From an uncultured Gemmatimonadales bacterium (GTDB lineage Bacteria; Gemmatimonadota; Gemmatimonadetes; Longimicrobiales; RSA9): a DNA stretch of 64,000 nt. The stretch spans positions 704,001 to 768,000 of the forward strand of contig CAWCRS010000003.1 of the NCBI GenBank assembly GCA_963798085.1. Reading direction: 5' to 3'. Below the pieces are notes generated by a model. It did not search any database. It had not been told where the DNA came from and worked only from the letters and a program-made list of their open reading frames with translations. A program made the position numbers and the translations under genes. Shown here piece after piece: positions 29,233 to 38,487 of this stretch (position 1 is its first letter; each line of letters starts with the position of its first letter).

Positions 29233-32200
29233 TCAGGATTTCTTGGAGGCGGTGAACTGCGCCAGCTGGGTGGTCAGCCATGCGGACTGCGACTGCGCGC
29301 GCGCAATCGCCTGCTCCATGGCCGTGAACTGCGCGATCAGCGCGGTGCGGTGGCGGTCGAGCCGTGCATTGATCGTATCAATGCGGCTCTGCATGCCGGA
29401 CACGGAACCGCTGATGCGATCGGTAACCGCCTTGATGGACGTGGCGCTGGTGCCGAGCAGGTCAGCGGTGATGTCGGACACGCGCGCGGCCATGCCGCGG
29501 CTGAAGCTGACGGTCCCCACCGCACCTGTGCCCGTGCCCGTGTAGCTGACCAGCAACCCGTCGATGGGTGTGCCGGTGGCGCCGGTGAGCACGCGGCCGG
29601 AGCCGCTGGCGGCGAAGCCGCCGATGGTGCCGGCGACATCGGTACCCACGTACGTGCCGGCGCTCAGACCCAGTGAAGCGGAGCCATCGGCGCCGCCCGC
29701 GGCGAAAGAGATCTCGAAGCCTGCGGCGGCGCCCGCATTGGCGTCCACGAGCTGCAGCTGGCCACCGTTGTCGAGCGCTGTAATGGGCGCCGTGCCGCGG
29801 CCCTGCTGCGTGGTGCCGAAGGCGCCGAAGTCGAGTGAGCCGCCGCCCGCGTTGTCGGAAGTGACGGAGAGCGTGAAACTGCTCGAGCCCGGCGTCTTCG
29901 CGGTGGCGGTCAGTTTGCCGTTGACCCACTGCACGTCGACAGCGCTGCCCAGCGCGCTCTGCACGGCATTGCGCAGCTCGCCCAGGGTACCGCCCGCGCT
30001 CACGCTCAGCGAGGTGAGGAAGCTGCTGCCATCCGTGCGGTTGCCGGCAATCGTGATGACATCGCCGGCGGTGACGGCGGGGCTGGTGCCGCCCGCAACG
30101 GTCAGCGCGCTCCAGGCCGTGTTGTCATCGGCTGCCACGGTGCCGGCGGGGTTACTGAACAGCGCGTTACCGGCGGCCACTGTGTGGGCCAGCGGCTTTG
30201 CGAACTCGGCTGTCAGCGCATCCACGATCTGGGACAGCGTCATGCCGTTGGACAGCGCCACACTGTACGTGCGGTTGCTGCTCAGGTCGCGCACGCTGAG
30301 GGTATCGGCGCTGCCGTCGTCCACGTAGGTGCCCGCGAAGCCGGCGCCGGTGACATCGGCCGCAGCCGGCGGCTGCGTGATGTTGACGGTCCAGGTGCCC
30401 GAGCTGGTGGCCTTCGAGGCATCGACGTACGTCAGATCGGCGACGCTGCTGGTGCCGTACAGGCCGAACAGCCGCGAGACCGCGTCGCCGCCGTTCTGCA
30501 GGGCACTGCGCAGCTTGTTGCTGTCCAGCGTGTAGCGCCCGGTCTTGTCGATCTCGATGCCGATGTCGGCCAGGCGGGAGTAGCCGCCGATCACGGTGGT
30601 GTCGAGGGACGAAGCCAGCGCGCCGCGCAGGGACTGGCGCATGCTGCGCAGGGTGGAGTCGTTGTACAGGGGCGCCGCCGTGCCGCCGGTGGGCGGAGGC
30701 GTCAGCTGCGCATCGACGAAGCTGGCCAGGCTGTTGTAGGCATCGACCAGCCCCTGCACGGCGGTAACGGCCGCATCGATGTCGCGCGAGACCGTGACCG
30801 TCGCAACCGTATTGGGGTCCGCCGCCGCCAGGTTCAGCGTCAGGCCGGGCACCGAGTTCGTGATCGTGTTGCTGCTGCTGGTGAGGTACGAGCCGTCGAT
30901 CTCCAGCTCGGCATCAGCCGCGGCGTTGATGACGCGCGAGCGTCCCGCCTGCGTGACGCCGAAGGCGCCGAAGTCGAGGGTACCGCCGTTTTCATTGTGG
31001 GCGACAATGTTCAGTCCCAGCCGGCTCTCGCCGCCGCTGTCGTCGCTCACCACCAACTCGCCGTTAGCGGAGATGGAGGCGGTGGCCGTGCGCGTGCCCA
31101 GCTTGAAGCCGTCGACCGCGCTGTTGAGCCGGCCGACCAGGGTCTGCAGCGTGTCGCCCGCGCCAATGGTGACGTCGAAAGAGAACGTCGAGCCATCGGC
31201 GCGCGTGCCGCTGATGGTCAGCGAATCGCCGGCCTGCACCACGGCGGCCGCGCCCTGCGACCAGAGACTGGTGAGCAGTGTACCCGCCGAGGCCGGCGTG
31301 GCACCCGCATCACCCAGCGCCGCACTGGCGATCTGCTGCGTGACGGCGCTGCGCCCGCCCTCGAGCACACCCAGCGACTGCAGAATGCTGTTGGCGTCGG
31401 TGAAGGAAGTGGCGCCGTGGATTTCCAGGCGCTGCTTCGAGCCGTCGGCAATGACCTGGGCGCTCACGCCCCGGCCGGCCGCGGCTGCGGCGGTATTGAT
31501 GGCGCTCGCCACATCGGTCAGCGACATGCTGGCCAGGTCGAGCGTCACGTTGACGCCGCCCATGGTGACGCTTCCCGAAGCGGGCGGACTCGTGAAACCC
31601 AGCAGTGTGGCGACGGCCGTGGCCGAGTCCGCGAACGCATCGCTCTTCGCGCCGTTGGTGGTCGCCGTCTTGATGGCAGTGGTGTTATCGAGCAGCCCCA
31701 TGGACTGCAGCACGGCGCTGGCGCCATCCACCAGGTCGATGCCGGCCGCGCCCGTCTTCGTGCTGGAGAGCACCAGGCGGTTGGCGGCACTGCCTGTGGT
31801 CAGCACGGATGCGGTGACACCGGTCGCGCCGCCCACATTGGCGTCATTGAAGCGCTTGACGATCGTGTCCAGGCTGTCCGTGGCGAGGATCTCGATGCGC
31901 TTGCCGTTGATGCGGAATTCGCCGGACAGTCCGAGTGCGCTGCTGCGGGTACTGAAAACGTCGCCACTCAGGGTTTCCGCGGAAGCGAGTCCCAGCACGC
32001 GCACGGTGTGCGTGCCGACGGCCGCATCGACCGTGGCGCTGGCCGACGACAGGGGACTGCCACTGCCGGCCGCCAGGCCCAGCGCCACCTTGTTGGTGCG
32101 CAGTGCCGTGGACGACAGTGCCGCCGCCGCTGTCTGCAGTGTGGAGACCTGCGAGTTGAAGCTGTTCCACACGCTGGTACGCTGGCCGGCCGCGTCGATC

Positions 32201-32319
32201 TTGCTCTGCAGGGAATTGGCAGGCGCCGCCTCCGCTGCAATGAGCTGATCGATCAGGTCCCGCCACTGGATACCGCTGGCGACGCCGCTGACCGAAGCGA
32301 GTGGATTGGTTGTGCTCAT
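29233..32319 (-). CDS. fliD: Filament cap protein FliD, enlarged (1028 aa)
   Basis: N-terminal SGVASGIQWRDLIDQLIAAE; FliD_C motifs SSSNTITNSVPGLTLNL, LVDAYNSL, LADIGIEIDKTG; C-terminal QFTAMEQAIARAQSQ. Confidence 0.93.
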   Translation of the reverse strand: MSTTNPLASVSGVASGIQWRDLIDQLIAAEAAPANSLQSKIDAAGQRTSVWNSFNSQVSTLQTAAAALSSTALRTNKVALGLAAGSGSPLSSASATVDAAVGTHTVRVLGLASAETLSGDVFSTRSSALGLSGEFRINGKRIEILATDSLDTIVKRFNDANVGGATGVTASVLTTGSAANRLVLSSTKTGAAGIDLVDGASAVLQSMGLLDNTTAIKTATTNGAKSDAFADSATAVATLLGFTSPPASGSVTMGGVNVTLDLASMSLTDVASAINTAAAAAGRGVSAQVIADGSKQRLEIHGATSFTDANSILQSLGVLEGGRSAVTQQIASAALGDAGATPASAGTLLTSLWSQGAAAVVQAGDSLTISGTRADGSTFSFDVTIGAGDTLQTLVGRLNSAVDGFKLGTRTATASISANGELVVSDDSGGESRLGLNIVAHNENGGTLDFGAFGVTQAGRSRVINAAADAELEIDGSYLTSSSNTITNSVPGLTLNLAAADPNTVATVTVSRDIDAAVTAVQGLVDAYNSLASFVDAQLTPPPTGGTAAPLYNDSTLRSMRQSLRGALASSLDTTVIGGYSRLADIGIEIDKTGRYTLDSNKLRSALQNGGDAVSRLFGLYGTSSVADLTYVDASKATSSGTWTVNITQPPAAADVTGAGFAGTYVDDGSADTLSVRDLSSNRTYSVALSNGMTLSQIVDALTAEFAKPLAHTVAAGNALFSNPAGTVAADDNTAWSALTVAGGTSPAVTAGDVITIAGNRTDGSSFLTSLSVSAGGTLGELRNAVQSALGSAVDVQWVNGKLTATAKTPGSSSFTLSVTSDNAGGGSLDFGAFGTTQQGRGTAPITALDNGGQLQLVDANAGAAAGFEISFAAGGADGSASLGLSAGTYVGTDVAGTIGGFAASGSGRVLTGATGTPIDGLLVSYTGTGTGAVGTVSFSRGMAARVSDITADLLGTSATSIKAVTDRISGSVSGMQSRIDTINARLDRHRTALIAQFTAMEQAIARAQSQSAWLTTQLAQFTASKKS

Positions 32320-32395
32320 GGCCTTGTCTTCGAGTGCTCGGCCCGGGACCGGCGAACCGGCCCCGGGCTTCTCTCAAGCGACCGCTCTACGCGGA

Positions 32396-33535
32396 CTACT
32401 GGAGGAGCTTCAGCACCAGCTGCGGTGCCGCATTGGCCTGCGCCAGCATCGCTACGCCGGCCTGCTGCAGGATCTGGTTCTTCGTGAACTCCGTCATTTC
32501 GTAGGCCATGTCGGCGTCGCGAATCGTGGATTCGGCAGCCGCCATGTTCTCGATTGTGGTCTTGACGTTGGCCGACGCGTAGTCGATCCGGTTCTGCGCC
32601 GCGCCGATTTCACCGAACGCGCTGTTAACCGTGCCGATCGCGGTGTCCAGACCGGTCAGTGCCGCCTGCCACTCCGCACCCGTGCCGTTGCCGGTGAAGG
32701 TGAGGGCAGTCAGGTTCAGGCCGGTGGAGCCCGTCGTCAGGTCGAGCCCGCTCAGCGTGATCAGGTCGTCCGTCGTGTAGGCACCGCTGGAGCGGACCAG
32801 GAACGATCCACCGCCGCTGCCCGCCGTCACGTCGAAGGACGTGCCGTCGAGCGAACCAGTCGCCGCCGTCTCGTCGAAATTGGCGTCGAGCTGCAGCGTC
32901 ACGCCGAACGAACTGAAGGAAACAGACTGCTTGCCGGCCACGAGACCCGAAACGGTCTGCGTGTTGCCGTTGCCGTCGTCGATCGTCAGCTCGCCGTCAA
33001 CCGCCTGTGTGAAGCTGTACGTGGCTGCGGCTGTGCCTGCGATGTTGACAGCGTAGAGCCCTGTGCCCGCCGCCAGCGCCGTGCTGTTCGCGACGTTGGT
33101 GTCGACGGCGTTACCGAACGAACCGTTGATCAGCGCCTTGCCCTGGAACTTGGTCGTGTCGGCGATCTTCTGGATTTCCGTCTGCAGCTGATCCCACTCG
33201 GCCTTGATTCGGCCGCGGCCAGCGTCGTCGACGTTGTCCGAACCCGCTTCCGTCGCCAGTTCCTTCATGCGGTCAATGATCTGGCTGACCGTCTGCACTG
33301 CGCCTTCCGCCACCTGCAACAGCGAGGTGGCCTGCTCGGCGTTACGCGAGGCCTGCTGCAGCGAACGAATGTCCGCGCGCAGCTTGTTCGCGATGCCCAG
33401 ACCGGCGGCGTCATCTGCCGCGCGATTGATGCGGAAGCCCGAGGACAGACGGCCGATGCTCCGGCTGACGTTCATGTCCGTGATCCCGAGCTGACGCTGG
33501 GTGTTCATCGCCGAGACGTTCGTGTTGATGCGCAT
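32396..33535 (-). CDS. fliC: Flagellin
   Basis: MRINTNVSAMN, RLSSGFRINRAADDAAGL, GAAQNR, ESTIRDADMA, QANAAPQLVLKLLQ. Confidence 0.98.
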   Translation of the reverse strand: MRINTNVSAMNTQRQLGITDMNVSRSIGRLSSGFRINRAADDAAGLGIANKLRADIRSLQQASRNAEQATSLLQVAEGAVQTVSQIIDRMKELATEAGSDNVDDAGRGRIKAEWDQLQTEIQKIADTTKFQGKALINGSFGNAVDTNVANSTALAAGTGLYAVNIAGTAAATYSFTQAVDGELTIDDGNGNTQTVSGLVAGKQSVSFSSFGVTLQLDANFDETAATGSLDGTSFDVTAGSGGGSFLVRSSGAYTTDDLITLSGLDLTTGSTGLNLTALTFTGNGTGAEWQAALTGLDTAIGTVNSAFGEIGAAQNRIDYASANVKTTIENMAAAESTIRDADMAYEMTEFTKNQILQQAGVAMLAQANAAPQLVLKLLQ

Positions 33536-33537
33536 GG

Positions 33538-33588
33538 TGTAGCTCCTTACAACGAAACTGCTATCGAGTGGTGGGGCGTCCGTACCCC
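33538..33588 (-). promoter_or_regulatory. Two hairpin-loop GGA motifs (candidate CsrA sites) in the flagellin leader
   Basis: GGGGT-ACGGAC-GCCCC (33573-33588) and TGTA-AGGAGC-TACA (33538-33551, containing the SD). Confidence 0.6.
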
Positions 33589-33627
33589 TGATTGGATCCC
33601 GGTCCAGGCTCCGACCGACGGGGGGTG

Positions 33628-33654
33628 TTATCGGCGATGTCAGGAGAAACTTTA
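33628..33654 (-). promoter_or_regulatory. Sigma28 promoter of flagellin
   Basis: Perfect TAAA-N15-GCCGATAA. Confidence 0.92.
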
Positions 33655-33676
33655 GGGGGAATGCGGGGGCGTTTCC

Positions 33677-33761
33677 GGGCTCGGGCTCGGGCTGCTTGCT
33701 GGGGTTTACGGATCGGACAGCGTTGCCGGGGCTGGTTGCTGGGGCTGGTTGCTCGGGAACG
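33677..33761. repeat. Dispersed repeat, copy 1 (GGGCTC units and GGGCTGGTTGCTCGGGAACG)
   Basis: Shares exact 18-20 bp blocks with 54068-54108. Confidence 0.7.
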
Positions 33762-33860
33762 GCCTGAACGGATTGATCGGTGGGGTTTCGCGGATTTCAC
33801 GGATTACAGGCGACGATGGGTGGTCGGAGCGCCGGCGGTGGGTGCTGGCTCCCGCGCGGG

Positions 33861-34796
33861 TCACGGGTCAGGCTGGCGATGGGTGCCAGACGCCGGGGTT
33901 GTGCCGCCGGGCAGGGGGTGTTCGGGCAGGTTGAGGTGCACGGGCACGCCGGGCACGGGTGGCAGGACGTTGGTGGTGTCCTGGCCGGCCGGTTCGGTGC
34001 CTGCCTCGGGCGTGGCTGTCTCGAACGGCAGAAGAATCGAGACGCGGCGATTGGCCGGGTCGAGCGGACGGTCCGGGAAACGGAGGTGGCGGTCCGCGTA
34101 GCCACGCACTTCGGCGACGCGATCGGAGACCACACCGGAATCGACGATCACTCGCCGCGCCGCATTCGCGCGCGCGGCGGACAGCTCCCAGTTGCTGTAG
34201 CCCAGAGTGCCGTACTGCCGCGCGTCGGTGTGTCCCTCGAGGATCACGGGGTTGCCGATCTTGCCCAGCTCATCGCCGATGAGGCCGAGCGCGCGCATCG
34301 CCGGCTCACGCGGACTGGCGGACCCGATGGCGAAGAAGGTTTCGCCGCTGCCGGCATCCGTCATCTCAATGCGCAGTCCCTCGCTGGTCACACTGATCTC
34401 GAAATTGCCGGAGAGGCTCTTCAGCTCGTCATCGGCGGCGATGCGCGCGCGAATCCGCTCGGCCACGTTCTGGAACTGCGCCTGCTGCGACTCGCGCGGT
34501 GCCACCGCAATCGTGTTCACGCCCTGGTGCCGCATGGCGTTGCCATTGGCGAGCGGATTGGTGCCCGCGCCGAAGCCCTTCTTGAAGCCGACCGGATTCT
34601 GGAAATAGCCCTGGATCAGGTCCTTCGTCTCAGGCGACATGCCCATGATCCACATGACCATGAAGAACGCCATCATGGCGGTGACGAAGTCGGCGTACGC
34701 GACTTTCCAGGCGCCGCCGTGATGGCCGTGGTCGCCGCCGGATACGCGGCGAATGATGATCGGGCGGGCTTTTTCGTCCTTGGGCGGCGCGCTCAT
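33861..34796 (-). CDS. motB: Stator protein MotB
   Basis: HHGGAWKVAYADFVTAMMAFF; OmpA-like LEGHTD, NWELSAARANAAR, NRRVSI. Confidence 0.97.
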   Translation of the reverse strand: MSAPPKDEKARPIIIRRVSGGDHGHHGGAWKVAYADFVTAMMAFFMVMWIMGMSPETKDLIQGYFQNPVGFKKGFGAGTNPLANGNAMRHQGVNTIAVAPRESQQAQFQNVAERIRARIAADDELKSLSGNFEISVTSEGLRIEMTDAGSGETFFAIGSASPREPAMRALGLIGDELGKIGNPVILEGHTDARQYGTLGYSNWELSAARANAARRVIVDSGVVSDRVAEVRGYADRHLRFPDRPLDPANRRVSILLPFETATPEAGTEPAGQDTTNVLPPVPGVPVHLNLPEHPLPGGTTPASGTHRQPDP

Positions 34797-35665
34797 GCGG
34801 CCTGCGCTGCCCGTGACTTCTTGCGCGTCATCTCCTCCAGCTCGCTGAAGGAGGGCCGGTCCTGCGGCTCGATGTTGCGGCGCGCGAATTCAACCGACGT
34901 CATGGGTGGATCGCCGCGGCCGAACGAGAGGATGGCGGTGCGGATGCAGCGCATGTACGAGTCTTCGCCCTTCACCCGGCCTTCCATGGCCTGTGCGATC
35001 GGGCCAATGACGCCGTAGGCGAGCAGCACGCCGAGGAAGGTACCCACCAGCGCCGCAGCCACGCTCTTGCCGACCTCATCCGCCGCGCCGCCAATGTGCG
35101 CCATGGTAATGATCACGCCCAGCACCGCAGCCACGATGCCGAAGCCCGGCATGGCGTCGCTGACCTTGGAGAGCGCATCGGGCACAGCCATCGCCTCGTG
35201 ATGATGCTGATCGAGGTCGAGATCGAGGATCTCCGACAGATGGTGATCCTCGACCGTGCCTGTCAGCATGACCTTCAGCGTATCCGTGAGGAAGCTCACT
35301 GCGTGGTGGTTCTTGCAGAACTCGGGATACTTCGCGAACAGGTCGCTCTTTTCCGGCTCCTCAATGTGCTTCTCGATGCCCACCAGCCCGTCCCGCCTCG
35401 CCGCGTAGAACAACTCGTACAGCACCTGCAGCAGCTCCGCGTACGCCTTCTCGCTGTAGGGCGATGGCTTCAGCAGCCCGAGGATCCCCGTGCTGATGCG
35501 AACGAGCATGCCCATGCCATTGCCCAGCAGCAGCGAGCCAATGGCCGCGCCTCCGAGAATGATGAACTCGGAAACCTGCATGAGCACCATGACACTGCCA
35601 CCGTGCATGGTGTAGCCCAGCAGGACGCTGCCGAGAACAATTGCGAGTCCAATCGCGAGGAACAC
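34793..35665 (-). CDS. motA: Stator protein MotA
   Basis: ARRDGLVGIEKHIE, MPGFGIVAAVLG, AALVGTFLGVLLAYG, VEFARR. Confidence 0.96.
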   Translation of the reverse strand: MFLAIGLAIVLGSVLLGYTMHGGSVMVLMQVSEFIILGGAAIGSLLLGNGMGMLVRISTGILGLLKPSPYSEKAYAELLQVLYELFYAARRDGLVGIEKHIEEPEKSDLFAKYPEFCKNHHAVSFLTDTLKVMLTGTVEDHHLSEILDLDLDQHHHEAMAVPDALSKVSDAMPGFGIVAAVLGVIITMAHIGGAADEVGKSVAAALVGTFLGVLLAYGVIGPIAQAMEGRVKGEDSYMRCIRTAILSFGRGDPPMTSVEFARRNIEPQDRPSFSELEEMTRKKSRAAQAA

Positions 35666-35720
35666 TTTACAATGCCCGTTCTGCCTTCTGGCTCCGGGGT
35701 GGTTTTCCAGACTGGCCCGA

Positions 35721-35747
35721 GTATCGGCGGGTTCCAGAGGAATTTGA
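35721..35747 (-). promoter_or_regulatory. Sigma28 promoter of motAB
   Basis: TCAA-N15-GCCGATAC. Confidence 0.8.
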
Positions 35748-35867
35748 GCTACGGATTCACTGCGGAGGGCGCTGTGGGGGTGAGGTCGTGGCCCGGCTCA
35801 GCACGCGCGGCCTGGCTGCGGCGCGGCGCCAGGCAATCCGGTCACGCGGAGGAGCGGAGGACGGAGA

Positions 35868-36055
35868 ACGACATCATCACACAGGGGGCACAGGGGGCAC
35901 GGAGGGGCGCTGACGTTTGAGGTCGCGGTGTTTCTTGAGGATGATTTGGAATCGCGGGCAATGGTTCCGGGGGGACGACATCATCACACAGGGGGCACAG
36001 GGGGCACGGAGGGGCGCTGACGTTTGAGGTCGCGGTGTTTCTTGAGGATGATTTG
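35868..36055. repeat. Two identical 81-bp direct repeats (35868-35948 and 35975-36055; period 107 bp)
   Basis: ACGACATCATCACACAGGGGGCACAGGGGGCACGGAGGGGCGC...GAGGATGATTTG read twice. Confidence 0.92.
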
Positions 36056-36221
36056 CATCACGGGCGATCGTTGCGGGCTATTGCAGGGTCGGCATCGAGT
36101 CGGTGAGGGCACCCGGATCCGTTGAATTCAATTCCTGATGGCTGTAATCAACTGTTTGGAACTTCTCTCAGTCAGACCCTCTGACGCCAGCAACCCCACC
36201 CCGCTGAAGCGCCCCGGCGAA

Positions 36222-36318
36222 TCCGTCCTCAGTGCCCCCCGTGACTCCGGCAGCCTCTGAGTGATGATGCCGTGATCCGTTCTCCTCGCCCTCCTCGCCC
36301 TCCTCGCCCTCCGCGGTG
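36222..36318. repeat. (CTCCTCGCC)x3 tandem plus a degenerate inverted copy of the 35843-35910 element
   Basis: The reverse complement reads CACCGCGGAGGGCGAGGAG...GGAGAACGG...CATCATCAC, versus CACGCGGAGGAGCGGAGGACGGAGAACGACATCATCAC on the other arm. Confidence 0.7.
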
Positions 36319-36328
36319 GAAGGGCGGT

Positions 36329-36565
36329 TTACGCGGGGTCGGGCGCGGTTTCCGCGGGGCCGAGGAGTTCGCGCAGGGAATCGGTACGCGTGGCGCGGCG
36401 GTTCTCGTCGGCGATCTGCTGGGCGATTTCCTCGCGCACGATGCCGACGCTGCTGGGCGCTTCGATGCCGATGCGTACGCCGCGGCGGCCGCACTGCAGG
36501 ATGATGATGCGGATGCCGCCGGCGATGAGCACGGCGCTGCCCGGTTGGCGATTCAGAACCAGCAT
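36329..36565 (-). CDS. csrA: Carbon storage regulator CsrA
   Basis: MLVLNRQPG...VRIGIEAPSSVGIVREEI...IADENRRA (flagellar type with C-terminal extension). Confidence 0.9.
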   Translation of the reverse strand: MLVLNRQPGSAVLIAGGIRIIILQCGRRGVRIGIEAPSSVGIVREEIAQQIADENRRATRTDSLRELLGPAETAPDPA

Positions 36566-36575
36566 TCAGGCTTCC

Positions 36576-37988
36576 TCAGCGCTTCATGTCGAGTAGACTC
36601 TGGAACATCTCATCTGCAGTGGTGATGACGCGGGCGGCGGCGGCGTAGGCGTTCTGGAAACGCATCAGGTTGACCATCTCTTCATCGATGTTCACGCCGC
36701 TCACGCTCATGCGCTGCGTATCCGCCCGGGAGGCGAGGGAGGCGTGCACCTCGGTGTTGTCCTGCGCGTCCTGCACAGCCGTGCCCAGCTGGGCAACCTG
36801 CTGGCTGTAGGCTTCGCCAATGCTGTGATTGCCGAACGCTGCGATGGGCGCGTCGCGCAAAGCCGCGAGCGAGAGGGCCGTGTCGTTGCGCGCCAATGCG
36901 TACACCGGATTGCCGGTGATGGGATCGGTGCCCGGCGTGCCCGCTGCGATGGCCTGCGGGTCGGCGGCCACGGCGGCGGACAGCGAGAGCGAAGCCGCGG
37001 TGATGGTGGCCGGATTGCCCTGGTCATCGAAAAACAGCACGTTAGTCTGACCCGCGGCGTTCATGCCCTGCGTGTGCACGCCATTGACGGCAATGGCCAG
37101 GTTCCGGGCCAGCGCGTCCAGGTCCGCGTGTCCCTGGGGCAGGTCGTTGTTGAGCACACCGATCGTGGCGCCCAGTGAGCCGCCCGCCGCGCCGACGGTC
37201 AGGCCATTGGCGTTCTTCAGGCTGTAGACGCCGCCCGTGCTGTCCACCTGCAGCGGAATCGACGTGGGGCCGTCCACGACATTGATGCCCTGTATGTTCA
37301 CGGCCACCGTGTGGTCGCTGCGCTCCAGCACCTGCACATCGGCCAGCTTGCTGATCTGGTCAATGGCGACATCGCGCGCATCGCGCAGGTCGCCCGCGGT
37401 GCGGCCACCGGCCTCTTCCGCCACGATGCGAGTGTTCAGCGAGGCGATCGTGCTGCTCAGCTTGTTCAGCTGACTCACGTCCTGGGTCAGCTGCTGGGCG
37501 CCGCCGGCGGCAATGCGATCCAGGCCGGTCGACATGCGGTGCAGGCTGTCCACCAGCTGCTGCGCGGTCTGCTTGACGACCCCGCGTGCGGTGGAACTGG
37601 CGGGGTCGTTCGACAGATCGCTCCACGCGTTCCAGAACGCGTTCAGCGAATCGGACAGACCGGGCGTCGAGAGATCGCCGTGCAGACCCTGCACCTGACC
37701 CAGCAGCCCGGCGCGCGTCTGATAGAAGCTGTTGCTGGCGGTCTCCTGGCGGAACCCGACGTCCAGCAGACTGTCGTGCACCCGTGCAATGTCGGCAACG
37801 GTGACGCCCGACCCGATAACACCGGAGGGCGTGATCTGCGGGGTCGCAGCGGCCAGGTCGACGCGTTGCCTCGAGTATCCTTCCGTCGCCGCGTTCGCCA
37901 CGTTATGGCCGGCTACCGCGATCGCCGTCTGGCTCGCGTTCATCGCCGACCTGGCAATGGAAAGAATGCTGCCGATGGACCCACCCAT
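36576..37988 (-). CDS. flgK: Hook-associated protein FlgK
   Basis: GHNVANAATEGYSRQRV, AFWNAWSDLSNDP, SGVNIDEEMVNLMRFQNAYAAAARVI. Confidence 0.96.
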   Translation of the reverse strand: MGGSIGSILSIARSAMNASQTAIAVAGHNVANAATEGYSRQRVDLAAATPQITPSGVIGSGVTVADIARVHDSLLDVGFRQETASNSFYQTRAGLLGQVQGLHGDLSTPGLSDSLNAFWNAWSDLSNDPASSTARGVVKQTAQQLVDSLHRMSTGLDRIAAGGAQQLTQDVSQLNKLSSTIASLNTRIVAEEAGGRTAGDLRDARDVAIDQISKLADVQVLERSDHTVAVNIQGINVVDGPTSIPLQVDSTGGVYSLKNANGLTVGAAGGSLGATIGVLNNDLPQGHADLDALARNLAIAVNGVHTQGMNAAGQTNVLFFDDQGNPATITAASLSLSAAVAADPQAIAAGTPGTDPITGNPVYALARNDTALSLAALRDAPIAAFGNHSIGEAYSQQVAQLGTAVQDAQDNTEVHASLASRADTQRMSVSGVNIDEEMVNLMRFQNAYAAAARVITTADEMFQSLLDMKR

Positions 37989-37989
37989 A

Positions 37990-38487
37990 TCAGACCTGCC
38001 GATCCAGGAGCGCGCCGTGATCAGCGCCTCCCAGCCCTCCACCCGAAGTCACTGCGCCGCTCAGGACCTGGATCAGTCGATTGCCCTGCTCCAGCGCGCC
38101 CTCGAGCACGCGGCGGTTGATGCGGATCTCACGGGCCAGAATGCGGGCTTCGTGACTCACCCGATCCCTCGTTTCCGCGAGTTCCAGCGTCATCTCATCT
38201 CCCAGTATCGTCTCCAACTGGTGCAAAGGCGTAGTTTCCGAGCCGGTCAGGATCGCCATCAGGGTGCGGCGGCGGATCTGCGCCTCGCGCAGCGTGCCCA
38301 GCACGCGGTGCGCGGCGAAGACGCTGCCATCCACCACTTCGAGGTCATCCGCGGCAATGCCTTCCCGCTGGCGGCGCAGAATCCCGTGCAGCTCGCTCAG
38401 CAGCCGCTCTTCCGCGGCCAGCGCCTCGGTGAGCAGCGCGCTGTCAGGCGGCGCCAGCTCCAGCACGGTGTTGTCCGCGCGCATCAT
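37990..38487 (-). CDS. flgN: FlgN-like export chaperone
   Basis: Helical protein with INRRVLEGAL near the C-terminus; lies between flgJ and flgK. Confidence 0.65.
   Translation of the reverse strand: MMRADNTVLELAPPDSALLTEALAAEERLLSELHGILRRQREGIAADDLEVVDGSVFAAHRVLGTLREAQIRRRTLMAILTGSETTPLHQLETILGDEMTLELAETRDRVSHEARILAREIRINRRVLEGALEQGNRLIQVLSGAVTSGGGLGGADHGALLDRQV

Noticed and set aside
30184..32487. Long plus-strand ORFs (also 15328-17094, 46440-48431, 7709-9049)
   Set aside because: Antisense shadows of clear genes in high-GC DNA, with no recognisable motifs.
35868..36055. CRISPR array
   Set aside because: Only two 81-bp units with a 26-bp gap that resembles the sequence after the second unit; no cas genes in the window.
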